Shown here: one piece after another, positions 46,013-54,441 of the stretch | How the letters are laid out: each line of letters opens with the position of its first letter | Numbering within the stretch: the stretch's first letter is position 1 | DNA from: an uncultured bacterium | GTDB taxonomy: Bacteria > Desulfobacterota > GWC2-55-46 | Length of the DNA: 64,000 nucleotides | Direction of reading: 5' to 3' | Assembly (NCBI GenBank): GCA_905339405.1 | Contig: CAJPGC010000034.1 | Location: 3,052-67,051, forward strand | Translations under genes and position numbers: made by a program | The notes under the pieces: generated by a model | The model's database searches: none | The model's input: only the letters and a program-made list of their open reading frames with translations | Told to the model about the DNA's origin: nothing

Positions 46013-46390
46013 ATGGCTGTCAAGCTGGAAAAAAAGGTCCTCATAATCGACGACGAGGAGACCGTGGGCATAGGAATGTCCGAGATGCTCAAGGACGCGG
46101 GTTACAAGGCCCAGTACGTTACCAGCGGAAAAGAAGGCCTGAATGTGCTGAAAGACACAGATTGTTCGCTGGTTTTCATGGATATGATAATGCCCGGCCT
46201 TAACGGACTCGAGACTTTCAGGGAAATCAAGAAGGTACGCCCGGGCATCACGGTGGTGCTCTTCACCGGATACTTTAAAGACGCGGACCGCGACATATTC
46301 CAGGGCGTAAAGGAAGGCATGATAGACGCTTATATCAGGAAGCCCTTCTTTTCAGAGGAGATAGTCTCGACGGCCGCAAAGTACGCCTGA
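46013..46390 (+). CDS. Single-domain response regulator (CheY-like receiver)
   Basis: LIIDDEE ... DMIMPGLNG ... K; 125 aa. Confidence 0.8.
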   Translation: MAVKLEKKVLIIDDEETVGIGMSEMLKDAGYKAQYVTSGKEGLNVLKDTDCSLVFMDMIMPGLNGLETFREIKKVRPGITVVLFTGYFKDADRDIFQGVKEGMIDAYIRKPFFSEEIVSTAAKYA

Positions 46391-46463
46391 GAAGGCGGTG
46401 CCGTAAAAATTTCCAGCAATATCAGGTAGTTTGGGGCATGAGGCGGTATTCTAAGAACCTGCC

Positions 46464-46511
46464 TTGACAGCTTGGAGTGAATTTACTATCATAAACTGAC
46501 AATTTTTGTCA
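46464..46511 (+). promoter_or_regulatory. Sigma70-like promoter with overlapping TGACA-N5-TGTCA palindromic operator upstream of pilB
   Basis: TTGACA (46464-46469), a 17-nt spacer, TATCAT (46487-46492), then the palindrome TGACAATTTTTGTCA (46497-46511). Confidence 0.5.
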
Positions 46512-46529
46512 CCAACACTATCAGGGACG

Positions 46530-48230
46530 ATGACAGACAGAATAGGCGAGCTACTGCTCAGGGAACGACTCATAACCACCGACCAGCTCAAGAAGGCCAT
46601 CGATGAGCAGAAAAAAAGCGGTGGACGGCTCGGCTATAACCTTACGAAACTGGGGTTCATAACCGAGAAGGATTTGACCGGCTTTTTAAGCCGCCAGTAC
46701 GGCATCCCCACCATTGACCTTTCCAGCCATGAAGTAGACCATGAGATAGTCAAGCTCATCCCCGAGGACGTCGCGCAGAAATACCAGGTCATCCCGGTGA
46801 GCAGGACGGGCTCGACCCTCGTCGTAGCGATGGCCGACCCGTCGAACATATTCGCCATCGACGACATAAAGTTCCTCACGGGCTACAACGTTGAGCCTCT
46901 GGTAGCCTCCGACGCCTCCATCAAGACAGCCATAGAGAAGTACTACGAAGCCTCCGAGATGGGCGGGCTCGAGGGCGTCCTCACCGAGTTCGACGAGGGC
47001 GAGATGGAAGTCGTGCAGGACGAGGAAGAGGTCGACATCTCTGACCTCAAGAAGGCCGTCGAGGACGCCCCGGTCGTCAAGCTCGTCAACCTCATACTCA
47101 CGGACGCCATCAAAAAAGGCGCCAGCGACATACACATAGAGCCCTACGAGAAGACCTTCCGGGTAAGGTACAGGATAGACGGAGTCCTTCATGAGGTCAT
47201 GAAGCCTCCCATAAAGCTCAAGAACGCGATAGTCTCCAGGATAAAGATAATAAGCCAGCTCGACATCGCCGAGCGCAGGCTCCCGCAGGACGGCAGGATA
47301 AAGCTCAAGCTCTCCAAGAACAAGGAGATGGACTACAGGGTGTCCGTCCTCCCGACGCTCTTCGGCGAGAAGGTCGTCATGAGGCTCCTTGACAAGTCTA
47401 ACCTCCAGCTAGACATGACCAAGCTCGGCTTCGAGCAGAAGGCTTTGAACGACTTCATGGGCGCCATACATAAGCCCTGGGGCATAGTGCTGGTCACGGG
47501 GCCCACGGGAAGCGGCAAGACGACGACGTTGTACTCGGCCCTTTCCGAGCTCAACAAGACCTCAGAGAACATCTCGACCGCTGAAGACCCGGTCGAGTTC
47601 AACCTCCTGGGCATCAACCAGGTGCAGATACACGAGGACATCGGGCTTAACTTCGCGGCTTCTCTCCGCAGCTTCCTGAGGCAGGACCCAGACATCATAA
47701 TGGTCGGAGAGATAAGGGACTACGAGACTGCAGAGATAGCGATAAAGGCCGCCCTCACGGGCCATCTCGTCCTTTCTACTCTCCATACCAACGACGCGCC
47801 TTCGACTGTCAACAGGCTCCTCAACATGGGTATCGAGCCGTTCCTCGTCTCTTCGGCCTGCAACCTCATACTTGCCCAGAGGCTCGCCAGAAAGATATGC
47901 AAGGACTGCAAAACTAAGATGCCTAGCGCGGAGAAGGTCCTCATCGACCTCGGCGTCCCGCCGGCCGAGGCCGCCAGGATGGACGTCTTCAAAGGAAGCG
48001 GCTGCGCCACCTGTGGAGGGACCGGATACAAGGGCAGGATAGCGCTTTACGAGGTCATGCCATTCTCAGAGCCCGTAAAGGAGCTCGTTTTGAACGGCTC
48101 TTCCACGGCCGAGATAAAGAGGGCGGCCATAAGGGACGGCATGAAGAGCTTGAGGATGAGCGGCGTGACAAAGGTCGCCGAGGGAGTGACCACCATCGAG
48201 GAGATATTGCGGGTCACGATGGCCGATTGA
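46530..48230 (+). CDS. pilB: Type IV pilus assembly ATPase PilB (GspE family, with N-terminal GSPII_E_N domain)
   Basis: Walker A GPTGSGKTTT, Asp/His boxes, and tetracysteine motif CKDC...CATCGG. Confidence 0.9.
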   Translation: MTDRIGELLLRERLITTDQLKKAIDEQKKSGGRLGYNLTKLGFITEKDLTGFLSRQYGIPTIDLSSHEVDHEIVKLIPEDVAQKYQVIPVSRTGSTLVVAMADPSNIFAIDDIKFLTGYNVEPLVASDASIKTAIEKYYEASEMGGLEGVLTEFDEGEMEVVQDEEEVDISDLKKAVEDAPVVKLVNLILTDAIKKGASDIHIEPYEKTFRVRYRIDGVLHEVMKPPIKLKNAIVSRIKIISQLDIAERRLPQDGRIKLKLSKNKEMDYRVSVLPTLFGEKVVMRLLDKSNLQLDMTKLGFEQKALNDFMGAIHKPWGIVLVTGPTGSGKTTTLYSALSELNKTSENISTAEDPVEFNLLGINQVQIHEDIGLNFAASLRSFLRQDPDIIMVGEIRDYETAEIAIKAALTGHLVLSTLHTNDAPSTVNRLLNMGIEPFLVSSACNLILAQRLARKICKDCKTKMPSAEKVLIDLGVPPAEAARMDVFKGSGCATCGGTGYKGRIALYEVMPFSEPVKELVLNGSSTAEIKRAAIRDGMKSLRMSGVTKVAEGVTTIEEILRVTMAD

Positions 48231-48342
48231 CGCGGCGGTTTAATCAGTCTTTGTAACTTAAGTCCTTACGCCTGAGTGCCATATTCTTTAATATTTCAGA
48301 ATGGACAAAGGCGGGGCTTTAAACGTGATGCAAGGAGAAGTG

Positions 48343-49467
48343 ATGGGCGTAGAAGGCGGCGCACCGAAGTACAATCTGCAGGAGCTCCTCAGGATAATGC
48401 TGGACCAGGGGGGAAGCGACCTGCACATAGCCGCGGGTTCGCCCCCGAGGATAAGGGTCCACGGCAAGCTCAACCCCATGACGAGCCCGGCCCTCACCGG
48501 CATAGAGTCCAAGCAGATATGCTACTCCGTCCTCACGGACACGCAGAAGCACAAGTTCGAGGAGGAGAACGAGCTCGACTTCTCGTTCGGCCTGAAGGGC
48601 CTCTCCCGCTTCAGGGGCAACCTGTTCGTGCAAAGGGGCACCGTCGCGGGCGTCTTCAGGACCATCCCGTTCAAGATAAAGTCCTTCCAGGAACTCGGCC
48701 TGCCTCCTGTAATAGAGGATCTCGCGAAAAAGCCCAGAGGCCTTGTGCTCGTCACCGGCCCCACTGGCAGCGGTAAATCGACCACGCTGGCCTCGATGAT
48801 AGACAAGATAAACACCGAGAGGCCCGAGCACATCATCACGGTTGAAGACCCGATCGAGTACCTGCACAACTCCAAGACCGCCCTCGTGAACCAGAGGGAA
48901 GTCGGATACGACACGCAGGCGTTCAAGAAGGCCCTCAAGTACATACTGAGGCAGGACCCCGACGTCGTCCTCCTCGGAGAGCTCCGCGACATAGAAACCA
49001 TAGAGACGGCACTGACGATAGCCGAGACGGGCCACCTGTGCTTCGCCACCCTGCACACTAACTCCTGCGTGCAGACCATAAACAGGATGGTGGACGTCTT
49101 TTCAGCCGACCAGCAGCCGCAGGTCAGGGCGCAGCTCTCGTTCGTGCTCGAGGGCGTCGTCTCGCAGCTCCTCCTTCCGAGGGCAGACGGCAAGGGAAGG
49201 GTTGCGGCCGTGGAGATAATGGTCCCGAACGCGGCAATAAGGAACCTCATCAGGGAAGGGAAGATACACCAGATGTACTCGCAGATGCAGGTAGGCCAGG
49301 CGAAGTTCGGCATGCAGACCATGAACCAGTGCCTGATGAACCTGTACTCAAGAAGACTCATAACCCTCGAAGAGGCGCTCGGCAGGAGCCAGGAGCCTGA
49401 CGAGCTTCGCCAGATGATGGTCAACGCCGGGGTCATGCGCACCGGCCCGGCCGGGAGGACAGTGTAA
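48343..49467 (+). CDS. pilT: Twitching motility retraction ATPase PilT
   Basis: SDLHI, GPTGSGKSTT, and PilT-specific AIRNLIREGK. RBS aaggagaag lies before ATG 48343. Confidence 0.9.
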   Translation: MGVEGGAPKYNLQELLRIMLDQGGSDLHIAAGSPPRIRVHGKLNPMTSPALTGIESKQICYSVLTDTQKHKFEEENELDFSFGLKGLSRFRGNLFVQRGTVAGVFRTIPFKIKSFQELGLPPVIEDLAKKPRGLVLVTGPTGSGKSTTLASMIDKINTERPEHIITVEDPIEYLHNSKTALVNQREVGYDTQAFKKALKYILRQDPDVVLLGELRDIETIETALTIAETGHLCFATLHTNSCVQTINRMVDVFSADQQPQVRAQLSFVLEGVVSQLLLPRADGKGRVAAVEIMVPNAAIRNLIREGKIHQMYSQMQVGQAKFGMQTMNQCLMNLYSRRLITLEEALGRSQEPDELRQMMVNAGVMRTGPAGRTV

Positions 49468-49470
49468 GCC

Positions 49471-50691
49471 ATGCCCACGTTCGTCTATTCAGGAAAGACG
49501 GTTGCAGGAGAGATGAGGAAAGGTGAGCTTCAGGCGGCAAGCCTCGCGCAGGCCACGTCCATGCTGAGGCGCCAGCAGATACTGCCTTCTTCCATTTCGC
49601 AGAAAAAGTCCGGCATGATGAACATGAACATAAAGCTGCCCGGTCTCGGCGAGAAGGTCAAGACGAAGGACCTTGTCATATTCAGCCGCCAGTTCGCAAC
49701 CATGATCGACGCCGGGCTGCCGCTCGTCCAGTGCCTCGACATTCTCGCTTCCCAGCAGGAGAAGGCGGAGTTCAAGAGGGTCCTCCTGGACGTCAAGTCG
49801 TCCGTCGAGGGCGGGTCGACCTTCGCAGACGCGCTGAAGAAGCACCCCAAGGTTTTCGACGACCTTTACGTCAACCTCATCGCAGCCGGAGAGGTGGGCG
49901 GCATACTCGACACCATCCTCAACAGGCTCTCGGGCTTCCTTGAGAAGGCGGAGAAGTTGAAGGGCAAGGTAAAAGGCGCGATGACCTATCCGACGGCCGT
50001 CATAATCATCGCCAGCCTCGTCGTCACAGGTCTGCTTCTCTGGGTCGTCCCCATATTCGAGGACATGTTCGGAAGCTTCGGTCAGGCCCTTCCGGCCCCG
50101 ACCAGGGTCGTCGTCAACATGAGCAAGTTCCTCCAGCACTACTGGTACACGATAATCGGCTTCATCGTCGGCTCCTTCATAGGCATCAACAGGGCCTACA
50201 AGACTTCCAGGGGAAGGAGGATAATTGACCAGCTCTTGCTCAAAGGGCCGGTCATAGGCGACCTCATCAGGAAGACGGCGGTTGCCAGGTTCACCAGGAC
50301 TCTGGGGACTATGCTCGCCAGCGGCGTGCCCATTCTTGAGGGGCTCGAGATAGTCTCCAAAACGGCCGGCAACGTCATCATAGAGGAGGCCATCATGAAG
50401 GCGCGCGCCTCCCTCAGCCAGGGCAAGACGCTCGCGGACCCTCTCATGGAGACGAAGGTCTTCCCCGGCATGGTCACGCAGATGATAGCGGTCGGAGAAT
50501 CTACCGGCGCGCTCGACAATATGCTCACGAAGATAGCCGACTTTTATGAAGAGGAGGTCGACCAGGCGGTCGAGGCTCTTACGTCGCTGATTGAGCCTAT
50601 GCTCATGGCCTTCCTCGGCGTGGCCGTCGGCGGCCTCGTCATAGCCCTGTATCTGCCGATATTCCAGATAGCCGGCGCCGCCGCTGGCTAA
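49471..50691 (+). CDS. pilC: Type IV pilus platform protein PilC (GspF family)
   Basis: Two GspF repeats. 406 aa polytopic. Confidence 0.9.
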   Translation: MPTFVYSGKTVAGEMRKGELQAASLAQATSMLRRQQILPSSISQKKSGMMNMNIKLPGLGEKVKTKDLVIFSRQFATMIDAGLPLVQCLDILASQQEKAEFKRVLLDVKSSVEGGSTFADALKKHPKVFDDLYVNLIAAGEVGGILDTILNRLSGFLEKAEKLKGKVKGAMTYPTAVIIIASLVVTGLLLWVVPIFEDMFGSFGQALPAPTRVVVNMSKFLQHYWYTIIGFIVGSFIGINRAYKTSRGRRIIDQLLLKGPVIGDLIRKTAVARFTRTLGTMLASGVPILEGLEIVSKTAGNVIIEEAIMKARASLSQGKTLADPLMETKVFPGMVTQMIAVGESTGALDNMLTKIADFYEEEVDQAVEALTSLIEPMLMAFLGVAVGGLVIALYLPIFQIAGAAAG

Positions 50692-50692
50692 G

Positions 50693-52372
50693 GTGAGCCA
50701 GCCTTTGCAGGAATACACCCGGGGGACATTGAAGTCCAGGCTCCTGGCCATGATGATACTCCGGGTGGTGCTCGCGCTGGCGTTCCTCGGCATCACCGCG
50801 TGGTTCCAGGTAAAGGAGTACTCCTTTGCCAGCCTCAACTTCTATCCGCTTTACGTAATAGTCGCGGTCGTAGGGCTGCTAACGATAGTCTACGCGCTCC
50901 TCCTGAACCGGGTGCGCAGCCTCAGCCTTTTCACCTATTGCCAGATAACAATCGACATCGCGCTTGCAACCGTTATCGTCTACATAACCGGCGGCACTGA
51001 AAGTTATCTCCACGCCCTCTACCCGCTTTCGGTCGTAGGGGCAGCCATCCTCCTTAACAAGTCCGGCGGGTTTTACGCGGCGTCGGTTTCGAGCATAGCC
51101 TACGGGGTCCTCATCGACATGGACTTCTACGGCATGCTCCCCCTGAAGTACAAGATTATCGACAACCCGGCCGTGCCAGCGTGGGAAGACGTCTTTATGA
51201 CCGTCTCCACGAACATACTCGCTTTTTTCACGGTCGCGTACCTCACCGGGTACCTGGCCGAGCGTACCGCGAAAGTTGAAAGGGAACTCGAGGAGAAGGA
51301 GATAGATTATGAGAAGCTCGAGGCCCTCAACAGGCAGATAGTCGGCAACATCACGAGCGGCATAATGACGCTCGACGGGAAGGGTAGGATAACCTCTTTC
51401 AACAGGGAGGCCGGGGTCGTAACCGGCTATACTCTCCGGGACGTCTATTACAGGGACGTCGAGGAGATTTTCCCCGGCATGCACGAGAAGGGCAAAAAGG
51501 CCGCCCTGGCAGGCGGCAGGGTCGAGGAGAGATATAAAAACAAGACCGGAGAGGAAATATACCTGGGGTTTACGATATCGCCGGGCCAGGGCGAGGAAGT
51601 CGACAGCATCGTCATCTTCCAGGACCTGACCAGGCTCAAGGCGATGGAAGAGGAGCTCCGGCGCGACGAGAAGCTGAAGGCCCTGGGCGAGCTTTCCGTG
51701 GGGATAGCGCACGAGATAAGAAACCCGCTCGCGTCCATCAGCGGCTCCATACAGATGCTCAGGGAAGAGGTGAGCCTGGCGGGCGACAGCAGGAAGCTCA
51801 TGGACATAATCCTCCGCGAGACGGAACGCTTGAACCAGCTCATAACCGACTACCTCCTGTTCGCGAAACCCGCCAGGGAACTTAAAGACACGATAGAGCT
51901 CGGAACGCTGATAAACGACACGATGGATGTCTTCAGGAACTCCCCCGACGCCTCGAATATCGCCATAGAGTGCCATGTCGACGGCGGCTTGCGCGTCCTT
52001 GGAGACTCCCGCCAGCTCGGGCAGGTCTTCTGGAACCTTTTCGTGAACGCAGCCCACGCCATGCAGGGCAGGGGCGCTCTTACGGTTTCGGCAGCCTGCG
52101 TCACGGCCGAGCCAGCCAGGGGCAGGGCCCCGCTTGATTACGTGGAGGTCACGGTTTCGGACACGGGCAGGGGCATAGCCCCGGAGGACCTCAAGAGGAT
52201 ATTCGACCCGTTCTTTTCAACGAAGGACGAAGGGACCGGCCTGGGCCTTTCAATAGTGCACAGGATAATAGAGAGCCACAACGGCAGGCTTGAGGTCCGA
52301 AGCAAAATCGGCTCCGGCACTTCATTCAGGATACTTCTCCCGGTTGAAAGCCGGGCGCTTGTAAAGGTTTAA
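50693..52372 (+). CDS. pilS: Sensor histidine kinase PilS
   Basis: Six TM N-terminal domain, PAS, H-box HEIRNPLASI, G-boxes. GTG start abuts the pilC stop. Confidence 0.8.
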   Translation: MSQPLQEYTRGTLKSRLLAMMILRVVLALAFLGITAWFQVKEYSFASLNFYPLYVIVAVVGLLTIVYALLLNRVRSLSLFTYCQITIDIALATVIVYITGGTESYLHALYPLSVVGAAILLNKSGGFYAASVSSIAYGVLIDMDFYGMLPLKYKIIDNPAVPAWEDVFMTVSTNILAFFTVAYLTGYLAERTAKVERELEEKEIDYEKLEALNRQIVGNITSGIMTLDGKGRITSFNREAGVVTGYTLRDVYYRDVEEIFPGMHEKGKKAALAGGRVEERYKNKTGEEIYLGFTISPGQGEEVDSIVIFQDLTRLKAMEEELRRDEKLKALGELSVGIAHEIRNPLASISGSIQMLREEVSLAGDSRKLMDIILRETERLNQLITDYLLFAKPARELKDTIELGTLINDTMDVFRNSPDASNIAIECHVDGGLRVLGDSRQLGQVFWNLFVNAAHAMQGRGALTVSAACVTAEPARGRAPLDYVEVTVSDTGRGIAPEDLKRIFDPFFSTKDEGTGLGLSIVHRIIESHNGRLEVRSKIGSGTSFRILLPVESRALVKV

Positions 52373-52378
52373 GAGGCG

Positions 52379-53791
52379 ATGCCAAAAGACAGGATACTCA
52401 TAGTAGACGACGAACGGGACATGCGCGAGCTCCTCGAGATAATGCTGAGGAAGGAAGGCTATGAGCCCGTCGGCATGCCTTCGCCGAAGCTCGCGCTCGA
52501 GAGGCTCAAGGAAGAAGACTTCGACCTCGTCATCTCCGACGTGAAGATGCCGGTCATGGACGGCATCGAATTCCTCAAGGCCCTTCGCGAGATGAACCCA
52601 GAGGCGCTCGTTATAATGATAACGGCCTACGCCTCGGTTGAGACTGCCATAGAGGCGATGAAGGCCGGCGCGCACGATTACTTCATAAAGCCCTTCAACC
52701 TCGACGAGGTGAAGCTGACGATAAGAAAGGCGCTCGACCTCAAGAGGCTCCAGCGGGAGAACCGCCTGTTAAAAAAAGAGCTAAAGACGCGTTTCGGCTT
52801 CTCGAACCTCGTCGGCACCGGCCAGAGGATGGCGGAGATATATTCTCTCATAATGAGCATAGCCAAGACCAAGACGAACGTCTTCATAACTGGCGAGAGC
52901 GGCACAGGCAAGGAGCTTGTTGCCAGGGCCATCCACATGGAGTCCGATCGGAAAGACAAGCCGTTTGTTGCTGTCAACTGCGGGGCAATACCCGAAAACC
53001 TCCTTGAAAGCGAGCTCTTCGGCCACATGAAGGGGGCCTTCACCGGGGCGGTGGCGAACAGGGAAGGGCTTGCGGAGCAGGCCGACGGCGGAACTCTTTT
53101 TCTCGACGAGATAACGGAGCTGCCTTTGCACCTGCAGGTCAAGCTCCTCCGTTTCATACAGGAGCGGAGTTTCAGGAGGGTAGGCGGGACGGCCGATACG
53201 TCAGTTGACATAAGGCTGGTGGCCGCGTCCAACAGGGAAGTCGAAGCCGAGGTGAGGGCCGGGAGGTTCAGGGAAGACCTCTTCTACAGGCTCAACGTCA
53301 TCAGGATAAACACGCCTGCCCTTCGCGACCGCAAGGAAGACATACCTCTTCTGGCTCGCCATTTCCTGAACAAATACAACCAGGCCCTCGGCAAGGACGT
53401 AAAAGGCTTCTCCGAGGAGGCGATGAGGCTAATTATCGACCATGATTATTCGGGAAACGTAAGGGAACTGGAGAACATCATAGAGCGGGCGGTGACGCTC
53501 GGCCAGGGCGACGAGGTCGGGCTGGAGTGCCTGCCCGAGTACCTGAGGGGCGCCCAGGGCGAGACAAATGCCGCACCCGCTCCAGCTGCAGCCGCTGGTC
53601 AGGGCCAGGGCGCTGGCGTACCCGAGGGCGGCATGGACCTCGAGAAGACGATTGAAGACATGGAAAAAGTCATCATCATGGACGCGCTCAAGAAATCGGG
53701 CGGCGTGAAGAAGAAGGCGGCCGAACTCCTGGGGCTTTCTTTCAGGTCCATGAGGTACAAGCTCAGCAAGTACGGCATCCCGGATATTTGA
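52379..53791 (+). CDS. pilR: Sigma54-dependent response regulator PilR (REC-AAA+-Fis HTH)
   Basis: REC, Walker A GESGTGKE, GAFTGA motif, and C-terminal HTH. Confidence 0.9.
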   Translation: MPKDRILIVDDERDMRELLEIMLRKEGYEPVGMPSPKLALERLKEEDFDLVISDVKMPVMDGIEFLKALREMNPEALVIMITAYASVETAIEAMKAGAHDYFIKPFNLDEVKLTIRKALDLKRLQRENRLLKKELKTRFGFSNLVGTGQRMAEIYSLIMSIAKTKTNVFITGESGTGKELVARAIHMESDRKDKPFVAVNCGAIPENLLESELFGHMKGAFTGAVANREGLAEQADGGTLFLDEITELPLHLQVKLLRFIQERSFRRVGGTADTSVDIRLVAASNREVEAEVRAGRFREDLFYRLNVIRINTPALRDRKEDIPLLARHFLNKYNQALGKDVKGFSEEAMRLIIDHDYSGNVRELENIIERAVTLGQGDEVGLECLPEYLRGAQGETNAAPAPAAAAGQGQGAGVPEGGMDLEKTIEDMEKVIIMDALKKSGGVKKKAAELLGLSFRSMRYKLSKYGIPDI

Positions 53792-53814
53792 GGACTCTGC
53801 CCTAAAATGGCAAA

Positions 53815-53852
53815 TTGACATTAATTGTCATCCCAACTGACAAAAATTGTCA
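53815..53852 (+). promoter_or_regulatory. Tandem TGACA-N5-TGTCA palindromes (putative PilR upstream activating sites)
   Basis: TGACATTAATTGTCA (53815-53829) and TGACAAAAATTGTCA (53838-53852), about 65-100 nt upstream of the sigma54 promoter. Confidence 0.55.
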
Positions 53853-53915
53853 GTTTCTCTCTCCCTTAAAACCCCCTGAAATACAAACTGCTTGAAATTA
53901 CTGAGTTTTTAGAGA

Positions 53916-53931
53916 TGGCACGGCCGTTGCA
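53916..53931 (+). promoter_or_regulatory. Sigma54 (-24/-12) promoter of pilA
   Basis: TGGCACggccgTTGCA is a near-perfect consensus with GG-N10-GC spacing. Confidence 0.8.
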
Positions 53932-54030
53932 ATGTAAGAACTGTAGATTGATTAAAGTTTCCTGACACAGTTCCGAAGAGTAGAAAAAGCCTTTAAATAA
54001 AATGCAGGGCACAAAAAAGGAGGAATTAAA

Positions 54031-54423
54031 ATGATTCAGAACATCGTGAAAAGAATAAAGAGGGAAGAAGGCTTCACGCTCGTCGAGTTGCTCATCGTCG
54101 TCGCCATCATAGCCATCCTGGCGGCCATAGCCATCCCGCAGTTCTCGGCCTACAGGAAGAGGGGTTATGTCGCCTCCCTTAACGCCGACATTAAGAACGC
54201 CTACACCGCCGCCCAGGCCTACCTGGTCGACGATCCGGGCGCGACCCTTACCTGCGCGAACCTCACGACCGGCGGCTATAACGCCACTGACGGCATAACC
54301 TGCACCAGCGACATAGAGCAGTCCGACGGCGGCATCACCCTGACCGGCGATTCGGCCTGGGGCCTGACCACCGACGAAGCCATCGTCGACTTCTCCGGAG
54401 TCATCACGCCTGCCGCTCTGTAA
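54031..54423 (+). CDS. pilA: Type IVa major pilin PilA (Geobacter-like N-terminal alpha-helix)
   Basis: Leader MIQNIVKRIKREEG. Mature N-terminus FTLVELLIVVAIIAILAAIAIPQFSAYR, nearly identical to the Geobacter PilA helix. RBS aaggagg. Confidence 0.85.
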   Translation: MIQNIVKRIKREEGFTLVELLIVVAIIAILAAIAIPQFSAYRKRGYVASLNADIKNAYTAAQAYLVDDPGATLTCANLTTGGYNATDGITCTSDIEQSDGGITLTGDSAWGLTTDEAIVDFSGVITPAAL

Positions 54424-54441
54424 TCCCGGCAGCAGGAAAGC

